From: an uncultured Bacteroidales bacterium
GTDB lineage: Bacteria > Bacteroidota > Bacteroidia > Bacteroidales > JAADJA01
DNA: 40,708 nt
Direction of reading: 5' to 3'
Assembly: GCA_964421215.1 (NCBI GenBank)
Contig: CAYQWA010000041.1
Location: 1-40,708 of the forward strand
Shown: positions 1 through 8,295 of the stretch, piece by piece
How positions within the stretch are numbered: position 1 is the first letter of the stretch
Layout of the letters: every line of letters starts with the position of its first letter
Position numbers and translations under genes: made by a program
The notes under the pieces: generated by a model
Seen by the model: only the letters and a program-made list of their open reading frames with translations
What the model was told of the DNA's origin: nothing
Database searches by the model: none

Positions 1-81
1 AACCAGGAAAGACACCAAAACAAAACCATAGTGTTACCTCAGCGTAGTCTCCGGACTACGCTGTTTTGTTTTATCAAAATC

Positions 82-1350
82 TTATTTATCAAATCCTGTA
101 AACACTCTCTGCAAATCATCACCCGTTGGATTCTGATACACTCTCAAATCAAATTCAGGGATGACGGCCAGGATATGATCAAAAATATCCGACTGAAGGT
201 CTTCATACTGTGCCCATTCCTGTATTTTGCTGAATACGTATATTTCCAGGGGAAGTCCTTTTTCATTTGGTTGAAGTTGTCGGACTAGAAAGGTCATGTT
301 ATCGTGTATGTCGCTCAGATTGTGCAGGTAACCCACAAGGTATGCCCTGAAAACACCAATGTTTGTTTGCCTTCTTCCATTAACCAGGACAGTATCATCA
401 ATGTTATGATCCTGGTTGTATTTGGTGATCTTTTGCTCAGTAGCATCAACATACTCTTTTACATGTTCAATTTTACTGAATTTTGTGAGCATATCATCGG
501 TACAAAACCTAATGCTTTTCATATCGATGTTAATGGATCGTTTTATCCGTCTTCCTCCCGATTCCTCCATTCCTCTCCAGTTTTTGAATGAATCTGAAAT
601 GAGGGAGTAGGTTGGAATTGTTGATATCGTTTTATCCCAGTTCTGTACTTTAACTGTAGTTAAAGCCACATCGATTACCGTTCCGTCGGCATTATATTTA
701 GGCATGCTGATCCAGTCGCCGGGAACCAGCATATTATTTGCGGATAACTGGATCCCACCAACAAATCCCATAATCGGGTCTTTAAAGACCAAAAGCAATA
801 CAGCACTGAACGCTCCTAAACCACCAATCAGACCTAGGGGATTCTGATTAAAAAGAGTAGCCAGGATTATAATGGCTCCAATAAGATACACTATTATCTT
901 AACTACCTGTACATATCCTTTTATCGGTCTGGTTTTAGCTACCTGAAAATCTTCGTAGATTTTTGCCACTGCATTTAGAAAGGCATTGATCACAAGAAGA
1001 ACAATAGCGATCATATATATGGTAACGATGGCCTGAATGATGGAAACAACACTATCGTATTTAGCAAGCACAAGCGGTGTGAAGGCATATATGATATAGG
1101 ATGGAACAAGGTAGGCAAGAAGTTTGAAAAATTTCTGCTCAGCGAGGATGTCATCCCAGTTGGTTTTCGATTTAGCAGTTGCTTTATGAATGATAACAAG
1201 GAAAATCTTTCTTGCTATAAAAAAGGTGAGTAAACTTAATATGACCAGAACTCCAAAAGTCATAAAGTCTGATGCAACCTGAGCATTATCTTGAGCCATG
1301 CCCATTTCGGTAAACCATCCCTTAAACAAGGTTTCAATGTTTTTAAACAT
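82..1350 (-). CDS. Mechanosensitive ion channel family protein (MscS-like). The ORF track starts at a TTG at 1413; the ATG at 1350 (MFKNIETLF...) is the more likely start.
   Basis: N-terminal TM helices, then a conserved MscS beta-domain region (..LVPGDWISMPKYNADGTVIDVALTTVKVQNWDKTISTIP..). A CAAAAGTA motif (the TAnnTTTG -7 box on the coding strand) lies at 1377-1384, 27 nt upstream of ATG 1350. Confidence 0.7.
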   Translation of the reverse strand: MFKNIETLFKGWFTEMGMAQDNAQVASDFMTFGVLVILSLLTFFIARKIFLVIIHKATAKSKTNWDDILAEQKFFKLLAYLVPSYIIYAFTPLVLAKYDSVVSIIQAIVTIYMIAIVLLVINAFLNAVAKIYEDFQVAKTRPIKGYVQVVKIIVYLIGAIIILATLFNQNPLGLIGGLGAFSAVLLLVFKDPIMGFVGGIQLSANNMLVPGDWISMPKYNADGTVIDVALTTVKVQNWDKTISTIPTYSLISDSFKNWRGMEESGGRRIKRSINIDMKSIRFCTDDMLTKFSKIEHVKEYVDATEQKITKYNQDHNIDDTVLVNGRRQTNIGVFRAYLVGYLHNLSDIHDNMTFLVRQLQPNEKGLPLEIYVFSKIQEWAQYEDLQSDIFDHILAVIPEFDLRVYQNPTGDDLQRVFTGFDK

Positions 1351-1509
1351 AATTTGAAATTTACGGAATTGAATTTCAAAAGTATAAAAACTGCTATTCA
1401 ATTCGAATAACAATTCTTATAATTTTTAAACGAGGTAAAGGAATAGTTAGCATAGGAATCTTTTAGTAATGTGCTACAAAAGATCCTGTCATGCATTAAA
1501 AGGATGTAT

Positions 1510-2238
1510 TTATTTAATTTTCAGCTTCTTAATAGCATCCATGTATTTGGATTTGATGAAAAGGATCTTGTCTTTGTCAATGTGTTCATCATAAATCCTG
1601 ACTACATCAACGAGACAGTTTTTACGGTAAACAGTACCAAGAGCTGCATCCCATTTGTTGTCATCAATGTTTTGTTTCATGCTGATGGTCATCTTCTCAA
1701 ACTCATCCCACTTCAGAAAAGCAGGAACCTGGATGTAACACATCTTTGAATCTTCAACATCAATGTACATTCCTGGCTGAGGAGATTCCAGAGCAAAATA
1801 TTTTCTGATCCTGATCAACCCGTGATAAGGTATTACCCTTCGGTATTTTATGAAATGGATTCCATTGTTCTGATAAATTTTTACCAGCTCCGGCAGGTCT
1901 TTATAATCCGAAAGGTTTTTTACCCTGATACAAGGCCTGACCTCGTTAAATATTGTAACCTCGCCAACAGTAGTATCGAACTTCTTCTTGAAAAGTTTCT
2001 TTACTTCATGGTTTAATCGCATAATGTCTTCTTCATGATGCATTTTTTTCGTAACCAGGAAAAAGCTTCCGGGCATCATTACCTCTTTATCCGGCACAGT
2101 AGCGTGGTAATAACCGGGGAAGGGAAATTTATTTTCAAGTATTAATATCCCATTGCAAAAATCTTCTTCAATGGAAGCCAGAATTTCTTTTTTTGAGATG
2201 GTACCAAAGGTCTCGATAATGTTCTTGTTTTTTTCCAT
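1510..2238 (-). CDS. Hypothetical protein, 242 aa, no recognisable domain.
   Basis: Long uninterrupted ORF in a gene-dense context. A possible -7 box (CAAATATA, the rc of TATATTTG) lies at 2272-2279. I recognise no family. Confidence 0.5.
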   Translation of the reverse strand: MEKNKNIIETFGTISKKEILASIEEDFCNGILILENKFPFPGYYHATVPDKEVMMPGSFFLVTKKMHHEEDIMRLNHEVKKLFKKKFDTTVGEVTIFNEVRPCIRVKNLSDYKDLPELVKIYQNNGIHFIKYRRVIPYHGLIRIRKYFALESPQPGMYIDVEDSKMCYIQVPAFLKWDEFEKMTISMKQNIDDNKWDAALGTVYRKNCLVDVVRIYDEHIDKDKILFIKSKYMDAIKKLKIK

Positions 2239-2454
2239 GCGGTAATTCTATTGTTCATTTATTAAGCGGTACAAATATACAAATTACTCAATATGTGTAT
2301 CAATGGATCAATAAATTTGAAATTCTTGTATATATATTAAACACTAGAACAGCTGGATTGTTTGATGAATGCCAGATAGCTAAATAATCATGGCTATTAA
2401 AGAATTAATGGATAGTAAATAAACAGATTTGGTAGCTTTGCAAAAAATATTACA

Positions 2455-3531
2455 ATGAAATTTAAAGTAGGCGACAAAGTAAAATTCCTGAACGAAAGCG
2501 GTGGCGGGATAGTAAGCAAGATCATTACTCCTAAACTTGTTCATGTAACGATTGAGGACGGATTTGAAATTCCTGTTTTAACGGGGGAGTTGTTGCGTAT
2601 TGAAGAAGATGCTCCGCTTGATTCTCCAAAACATATGTTCAATGAGGATTTTAATGTAGAGGTTGATACTTCTACCCAGGAGGTTTATGAGGATGATGGC
2701 AGAAACATTAAATTGATTAATAATCCTTCGAAAGGAACGGTAGATAAAGGAGTTTTTCTGGCCTTTATCCCTGAAGACCAGGAATGGCTAATTACCGGAT
2801 TGATAGATGTATACCTGGTAAACAATACATCATACGATATCCTGTACAATATTTACCTGGCCAATGAAAATGGAGATTTCGAAGCATTCGATTATGGTTC
2901 CGCTTCACCCGATGCTATGATACTGTTGGAATCAGTTGAACGTGAAAAGGTAGAAACCTGGTCGAAAGGAATTGTACAGGTCATGTTTCACGCTGAGCGT
3001 ATGCAGAAAGTGTTGGCTCCTGGCAATTCAATATTTAAGGTAAAATCCACAAGGTTTTACAAGGAAGGCAACTACCGTGAATCAGGCATTCTTAACGGAA
3101 AAGCTATCCTTGTGTCATTGCTTCCTATAGTTGCTCAGACCGTGTTGTCCAACGAGGATTACCCTGATAAAGATGCGAATCAGGTTCCCGAAGTAAAGCC
3201 TTCCGAAGAGGTAAAACCCGAACACATAATTGACAAGCATAAAACCAGTCCGACAGAGGCTGTTGTTGACCTTCATATACAGGAACTGGTCGACAGGCAC
3301 GACCAAATGGAAAATTCCGAAATTATCAAGATACAGATCAATTATTTCACTTCTTGCCTTGAAAATGCCATGGCTAATCGTCTGAAAAAGGTCACTTTTA
3401 TCCATGGAGTAGGAACAGGTGTATTAAAAACTGCAATTAAGGAAATCCTGAAAGATTATCCCAATGTAAGTTACAGGGATGCTTCCATGAAGGATTTTGG
3501 TTATGGAGCAATGGATGTGACACTAAGGTAG
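2455..3531 (+). CDS. Smr (small MutS-related) domain protein with an N-terminal DUF2027-like region.
   Basis: The C-terminus carries Smr motifs (VVDLHIQELV ... TFIHGVGTGVLKTAIKEIL). A TAGCTTTG -7 box lies at 2433-2440, 15 nt upstream of the ATG. Confidence 0.65.
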   Translation: MKFKVGDKVKFLNESGGGIVSKIITPKLVHVTIEDGFEIPVLTGELLRIEEDAPLDSPKHMFNEDFNVEVDTSTQEVYEDDGRNIKLINNPSKGTVDKGVFLAFIPEDQEWLITGLIDVYLVNNTSYDILYNIYLANENGDFEAFDYGSASPDAMILLESVEREKVETWSKGIVQVMFHAERMQKVLAPGNSIFKVKSTRFYKEGNYRESGILNGKAILVSLLPIVAQTVLSNEDYPDKDANQVPEVKPSEEVKPEHIIDKHKTSPTEAVVDLHIQELVDRHDQMENSEIIKIQINYFTSCLENAMANRLKKVTFIHGVGTGVLKTAIKEILKDYPNVSYRDASMKDFGYGAMDVTLR

Positions 3532-3544
3532 AGTATTGGATCTG

Positions 3545-3623
3545 AAAATTCCAATATAAAAAATCCAAATTCCAACCCATGAACCTTAAAAGTTGGTTTT
3601 TGGAATTTAGAATATTGGAATTT
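3545..3623. repeat. AT-rich palindromic intergenic repeat element (locus A). Its right arm TTTTGGAATTTAGAATATTGGAATTT is identical to 12064-12089.
   Basis: AAAATTCCAATAT (3545-3557) is the reverse complement of ATATTGGAATTT (3612-3623). Inner pairs CCAAATTCCAA / TTGGAATTTAG give an ~80-nt imperfect hairpin downstream of the Smr gene. Confidence 0.6.
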
Positions 3624-3796
3624 AATCCATTTATAAGCCTCCCGGATTCATCTTCTTTTTAAACCGGTCTTCATTTCCCTAATAAATGAAACTATCACCC
3701 CTCTTTTCCAGTAAAAGTGTTAGTTACTTAGTACCCAAAAGTATGACATAGGAATATTTGGTGAAAACCAGGTATTCTGTTTAAAACCCATCGATT

Positions 3797-6169
3797 ATGA
3801 AAATTTTGACACTTCCTTTGTGTTGTTCTGTCCTATTTGTATTTTTTTCAATCTCAATTTTTGCAGAAGAAATCTGCTGGGTTGGAAGTGCCGGTGATGA
3901 TGACTGGTTCAATACTGCCAACTGGGATCCTGAGCAGGTTCCAGGTTACCTGGACGACGTTTATTTTGTAAATCCGCCTGATGGCCCAATAGATATAGAT
4001 TTTGGAACAGGCTCTGCGCAATGCAATAACCTTTATGTTTACGGCACTGGCTTCAACTTTAACCTTGAAAGGAACGGAAGCCTTGAAATCAATTATGACC
4101 TGTACCTTGAGTCCGGTAACACTTTTAACAACAGTGGCTATGTAGAAATAACCTATAACCTTATTTGTTACGGTTACTTCGATAATTATAAGGAGGCTGA
4201 ATTGTTGGTCGGAAGCAAAATAACGATCTATACCTCAGGCCAACTCGACAATAGGGGAAGCGGAAATAATTATTCTGTTCTGGAAGCTTATGAACTGGAT
4301 AATTTTGGAATATTTAATAATGAAGATAATTCAGAAATTCATATTACTAACCGCCTGAACAATTATTCGCAATTTAACAGTACAAAACATGCAGTGACTG
4401 AAGTGGGGGATTATTTTTACAATACCGGAGATGTAAACCTGGATAAACACTCCGAGTTGATTGTTATTTCAACTTTAGAAAATGTTGGCAACCTGGTTTG
4501 TGAAGACCATGCAACGATTCAGGGTGATGATAATTTGCTGATTCTGAATTATGGAGACGTGTATGTTTCTAATCATGGTGAAGTTCTGGATGTGATGGAA
4601 GTTGAAAATTACCAGCTAATTGTTAATGATAATTATTTTGTAACCCATGATCTATGGCAGTATTTTAAGGGTGAAATTCAAAATACAGCTGATTTTCATA
4701 TCGCTTATACCCTTGAAAATGATGGTGAAATAGACAATAGCGGCTCGTTTTATATTGGGGATGTATTTGATAATTTGTCGAGAGGAGAAGTAATAAATAC
4801 AGGTTGTTTTGAAGTACAGGCAAACATGTCCAATAACGGTTCATATGTTGGTTCTTTGCTAAATCATGCATCCATATTTGGACCAGGTACTTATAGCTAC
4901 AATCGAAATACCGGAGGTACAGGTGCACAAGGTGATTATGAAGGGTGGCATTACATTTCTACTCCTGTTTTAGGCATGGAAACACACCATATGTTTGATT
5001 ACTGGATAAACGACTGGAACGAAACACAGAATACATGGTATGATCTTTCTCCGGGAGGTGTGCCGTGTACTACTCAACCCCCGGTCGCTTTTGAGGCGAT
5101 GAAGGGTTACAGTGTTAAAAGGGACATAAACTATCAATGCGAAGATTTCAATCCAGGTACTGGAGAAGTCATCGAATTTACCGGAACGATGAACGATGTA
5201 GCCTCCGAATACATGGAAATCCTGGTAAATGGTTCCGATTTTGAACCTGGAGATCCCAATTCAATGAACAACTGGAATTTAGTCGGAAATCCATACCCCT
5301 CTGCAATTGATGCTAACCTGATATCTTTTCCTCCGGAAATAGATAATGCCATTTATTATTATGATGATGAGAGTTTAAGCTATACAACATTTGTTGGAGG
5401 AGTAGGTCAACCTTTTATTCCTGTGGCACAGGGCTTTTTCCTACATGTTAATTCGGCAGGTACCTATACATTCAGCCTGGATAATTCGGTAAAAACCTGT
5501 GAAGGATCAGATGACTGGTTCAAGGAGGAGATCTCAAATCTGTTAAAGGTCGAAGTGGCTGGGAATGATAACTCCGATCATACTTATATACGGTTCAAAG
5601 AAAATACCTCCAGCTTATTTGACAAAGAATGGGATGCCTATAAATTGCTGAGCGGAGTACCATCAGTTCCGCAAATATATTCCCAGGTAAATGGGGTTGA
5701 TTATGCAATAAACACCTTAAATGATGCAAATAAAATTGATTTGCATTTTGAAACTGGAACTTCTGGGTCATATTCTGTTTCAATGGATGGTACAGATGAT
5801 TTTGATTGCATTTTGCTGGAAGATAAAATACAATGTAAAATAATTGATTTTAAGGAAGAATCTAACTATTCGTTTTATTCGGATATTACCCGGGATCATA
5901 ACCGGTTTGTTATTCATTTTAAAGAATATATACCCGGACATTTTCATGAATCAGTTGAGGTATTTACTAAAGAAGGAGCCGTAGTTATAAAAAACCGTGA
6001 TGGATATACCGGAAATATCAGGGTGTGTAACCTGCTGGGACAAACTGTACATTCAACTGATCTTGAGTCTGGATTAAATACACTTCCGATTGATTTCGGA
6101 TCAGGTCTATATATAGTTCAGGTTGCATCGGGAGGAGAGAAGTTTAGCAGGAAGGTTTATATTCCTTAG
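3797..6169 (+). CDS. Large secreted protein carrying a T9SS (Por) C-terminal sorting domain.
   Basis: N-terminal signal peptide (MKILTLPLCCSVLFVFFSISIFA). The C-terminal ~80 aa end in ..GLYIVQVASGGEKFSRKVYIP, typical of TIGR04183-type T9SS CTDs. The protein is Asn/Gly-rich and repetitive. Confidence 0.7.
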   Translation: MKILTLPLCCSVLFVFFSISIFAEEICWVGSAGDDDWFNTANWDPEQVPGYLDDVYFVNPPDGPIDIDFGTGSAQCNNLYVYGTGFNFNLERNGSLEINYDLYLESGNTFNNSGYVEITYNLICYGYFDNYKEAELLVGSKITIYTSGQLDNRGSGNNYSVLEAYELDNFGIFNNEDNSEIHITNRLNNYSQFNSTKHAVTEVGDYFYNTGDVNLDKHSELIVISTLENVGNLVCEDHATIQGDDNLLILNYGDVYVSNHGEVLDVMEVENYQLIVNDNYFVTHDLWQYFKGEIQNTADFHIAYTLENDGEIDNSGSFYIGDVFDNLSRGEVINTGCFEVQANMSNNGSYVGSLLNHASIFGPGTYSYNRNTGGTGAQGDYEGWHYISTPVLGMETHHMFDYWINDWNETQNTWYDLSPGGVPCTTQPPVAFEAMKGYSVKRDINYQCEDFNPGTGEVIEFTGTMNDVASEYMEILVNGSDFEPGDPNSMNNWNLVGNPYPSAIDANLISFPPEIDNAIYYYDDESLSYTTFVGGVGQPFIPVAQGFFLHVNSAGTYTFSLDNSVKTCEGSDDWFKEEISNLLKVEVAGNDNSDHTYIRFKENTSSLFDKEWDAYKLLSGVPSVPQIYSQVNGVDYAINTLNDANKIDLHFETGTSGSYSVSMDGTDDFDCILLEDKIQCKIIDFKEESNYSFYSDITRDHNRFVIHFKEYIPGHFHESVEVFTKEGAVVIKNRDGYTGNIRVCNLLGQTVHSTDLESGLNTLPIDFGSGLYIVQVASGGEKFSRKVYIP

Positions 6170-6245
6170 AACGTCACTTGTGTAAATAGACAAATTAACC
6201 GCAATGATCGCAAAGGTTATCAATGGTCACATAGTATTAAGACTA

Positions 6246-6276
6246 CACAGAAAAAAGAAATCTCAGAGTTTTCTTT
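6246..6276 (-). terminator. Putative intrinsic terminator downstream of ssrA.
   Basis: The minus strand reads AAAGAAAACTCTGAGATTTCTTT followed by TTTTCTG: a 7-bp stem (6254-6260 / 6270-6276), a 9-nt loop and a T-run. The stem is AT-rich and weak. Confidence 0.4.
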
Positions 6277-6317
6277 GCGAACATTGCGGTTAAAAAACTA
6301 TCAACCAGCATTCTGTC

Positions 6318-6712
6318 GTGGAGCTGGAGGGATTCGAACCCTCGTCCAAACAAGCAGCAAAAGTGCTTTCTACATGCTTAGCTTATTATTGGTTTTCGAA
6401 TACAATCCGGAAAAAAGCACCCAAATTATACCTTATCCCTTTTATCTCATTTTATAACCAGGGTCTTTACAAAACCAGCCTGAAATTATGAGCACCCCGT
6501 AATCAGTCGGAATCAGGCATCTCCTTCTGCGGAATGTCCCGTCACCAGCCCTTGGCCGGCAATAGAGCTAATCTACTAAACTTCGATTAAGCTGCGAGAG
6601 CGTAATTATTTTCGCCAATTAAAAGTTTGAAGATGGTTGATAACGAGCCTTATCTCCAATGCCCGGCATGCTTACAGTTCCACTGACCTTGCTGTCAAAA
6701 CCAGTCAGCCCC
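6318..6712 (-). ncRNA. ssrA: tmRNA (ssrA), about 395 nt, encoding the tag peptide GENNYALAA.
   Basis: The minus-strand 5' end is GGGGCTGACTGGTTTTGACAGC... (rc of 6691-6712). The 3' end is ...GGACGAGGGTTCGAATCCCTCCAGCTCCAC, i.e. T-arm GGTTCGAATCC plus acceptor CAGCTCC-A; the CCA is not fully encoded. The tag reading frame is GGC GAA AAT AAT TAC GCT CTC GCA GCT TAA (rc of 6587-6616) = G-E-N-N-Y-A-L-A-A-stop, the Bacteroidota-type proteolysis tag. Confidence 0.92.
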
Positions 6713-6961
6713 GAATAGTACAAATATTCAATTTGAAAATTCCAAAACAAAGAACTAAGAACCAATTACAAAGAACATTTGATTTTGCAAAGATATGAAT
6801 AAAGAGAGAAAATTTCTAAATCCTAAATTCTAATTCCTAAACAATTTCCAATGTATAAATACCAAATGTCCAAACCAATCCCATTTGAATCGAGCCAACG
6901 TTTTGGATTTTGAGAATTGAATTTCGGATTTATTTAGAAATTAGATATTAGATATTCGGAA
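6713..6961. repeat. AT-rich repeat-word region (locus D) between the ssrA 5' end and the stop of the sigma-54 EBP gene.
   Basis: It contains family words: GAAAATTCCAAAAC / GTTTTGGATTTT (an inverted pair), TTCTAAATCCTAAATTCTAATTCCTAAAC, and TTTAGAAATTAGATATTAGATATTCGGAATT. No ORF spans it. A CAAAGATA box at 6788-6795 could be the ssrA promoter. Confidence 0.45.
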
Positions 6962-8125
6962 TTATTTCATCAGCGGCTGCGCAAACCGTACAACATCCTC
7001 ACCGGTCACCTGGTTGTCGCACAATATGGCTAAACGCTCCACTACATTTCGTAGTTCCCTGATGTTTCCGGTCCAGGGCATCTTCTGCATTTCCTCGATC
7101 GCATCATCTGTAAAGGGAATAAATGGCCTGCCGTTGTTTTCGCATGTCAATTGCATAAAGTGTTCAGCCAGCAATGGAATATCATCGTTACGTTCCCTTA
7201 ATGCAGGTACATGGATTAAGATTACACTCAGGCGATGATAAAGATCCTCCCTGAATTTTTCATTCTGAATCTCTTTTTTCAGATTTTTATTTGTTGCAGC
7301 CAAAACACGAACATCTACAGCAATGTCCTTTTCACCACCAACCCTTGTGATCTTATTCTCTTGCAGTGCACGCAATACCTTTGCCTGTGCGGATAAACTC
7401 ATATCGCCTATTTCATCCAGGAATATAGTTCCACCATGTGCCTGTTCGAAATCACCTTTACGTTGTTTGATGGCAGAAGTAAAAGAGCCTTTTTCATGAC
7501 CAAACAATTGGGATTCGATCAACTCAGAGGGTATAGCAGCACAGTTTACCTCGATAAAAGGAGCATGAGAACGGTTGCTTTTTTCATGAAGCCAGCGGGC
7601 CACTAGCTCTTTCCCCGTTCCGTTTTCTCCGGTGATCAAAACCCTGGCATCAGTAGGGGAAACCCTTTCAATCATATCTTTGATAGAGGATATGGCTTCC
7701 GACTCGCCAACCATTTCCCAGGATTGACTGACCTGCTTTTTTAATTTCTTGGTTTCAGTGATAAGGGTGGATTTGTCCATGGCGTTCCTGATGGTGATCA
7801 GCAACCTGTTCAGATCCGGCGGCTTTTCAATATAGTCATAGGCTCCCTTTTTGATTGATTCAACAGCTGTTTCTATGGTTCCGTGTCCGGAAATCATAAT
7901 GATAGGGCTGTCGGTAATTTGCAATGCCTTTTCAAGCACCTCCATCCCGTCAATGCCAGGCATTTTTATATCACACAGAATTACATCGTATGTTGTTTCT
8001 TTGATCTTCTCCAGCGCGACTTCTCCATTCTCTGCCTGATCAACTTTGTATTTTTCATTGCTCAGGATATCATCCAGCGTATTCCGGATGCTCCGTTCAT
8101 CATCTATTATTAAAATATGAGCCAT
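6962..8125 (-). CDS. Sigma-54-dependent response regulator (NtrC family): receiver plus AAA+ sigma-54 activator domain, with no C-terminal HTH.
   Basis: REC domain (ILIIDDERSIRN..DVILCDIKMPGIDGMEVL). Walker A GENGTGKE. A GSFTSA variant of GAFTGA. ..GNIRELRNVVERLAIL. The protein ends 18 aa after the AAA+ domain. Confidence 0.85.
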   Translation of the reverse strand: MAHILIIDDERSIRNTLDDILSNEKYKVDQAENGEVALEKIKETTYDVILCDIKMPGIDGMEVLEKALQITDSPIIMISGHGTIETAVESIKKGAYDYIEKPPDLNRLLITIRNAMDKSTLITETKKLKKQVSQSWEMVGESEAISSIKDMIERVSPTDARVLITGENGTGKELVARWLHEKSNRSHAPFIEVNCAAIPSELIESQLFGHEKGSFTSAIKQRKGDFEQAHGGTIFLDEIGDMSLSAQAKVLRALQENKITRVGGEKDIAVDVRVLAATNKNLKKEIQNEKFREDLYHRLSVILIHVPALRERNDDIPLLAEHFMQLTCENNGRPFIPFTDDAIEEMQKMPWTGNIRELRNVVERLAILCDNQVTGEDVVRFAQPLMK

Positions 8126-8163
8126 TTGCCTTTATTGGTATTAATATATGATCACTCAAATCG

Positions 8164-8214
8164 ACATGAAAATTTTCATGCAAATATATACAATCTGCAT
8201 GAAAATTTTCATGC
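8164..8214. promoter_or_regulatory. Two 18-bp palindromic candidate operators, aCATGAAAATTTTCATGc at 8164-8181 and GCATGAAAATTTTCATGC at 8197-8214, 33 bp centre to centre.
   Basis: Read directly from the sequence. Each has a perfect 16-bp dyad. They lie in the divergent region between the EBP gene (minus, start 8125) and the lolD-like gene (plus, start 8296). A CAAATATA (rc TATATTTG) -7 box for the minus-strand gene sits between them at 8181-8188. Confidence 0.5.
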
Positions 8215-8269
8215 GTGATTCCCGCTGACCTGTTAGTACAATCAATTTACAGAAGAAAGATAAAAATTT

Positions 8270-8277
8270 TATCTTTG
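8270..8277 (+). promoter_or_regulatory. Bacteroidota-type -7 promoter element TATCTTTG.
   Basis: Matches the TAnnTTTG consensus, 19 nt upstream of the ATG at 8296. Confidence 0.35.
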
Positions 8278-8295
8278 CTCCATTAATTCAATTGT

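Noticed and set aside
31-610. Small plus-strand ORFs at 31-288, 304-591 and 416-610, and minus-strand 1011-1199.
   Set aside because: All are embedded within or antisense to the MscS-like gene, with low-complexity composition and no start context. They are shadow ORFs.
6170-6320. Genomic island integrated at the ssrA 3' end.
   Set aside because: There is no integrase, no duplicated ssrA 3' segment and no compositional shift. The adjacent gene is an ordinary T9SS substrate convergent with ssrA.
6275-6457. 60-aa ORF (MRTLRLKNYQPAFCRGAGGIRTLVQ...).
   Set aside because: It lies entirely inside the tmRNA gene on the opposite strand. The GGIRTLV peptide is just the reverse complement of the tRNA-like T-arm. 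It is not coding.
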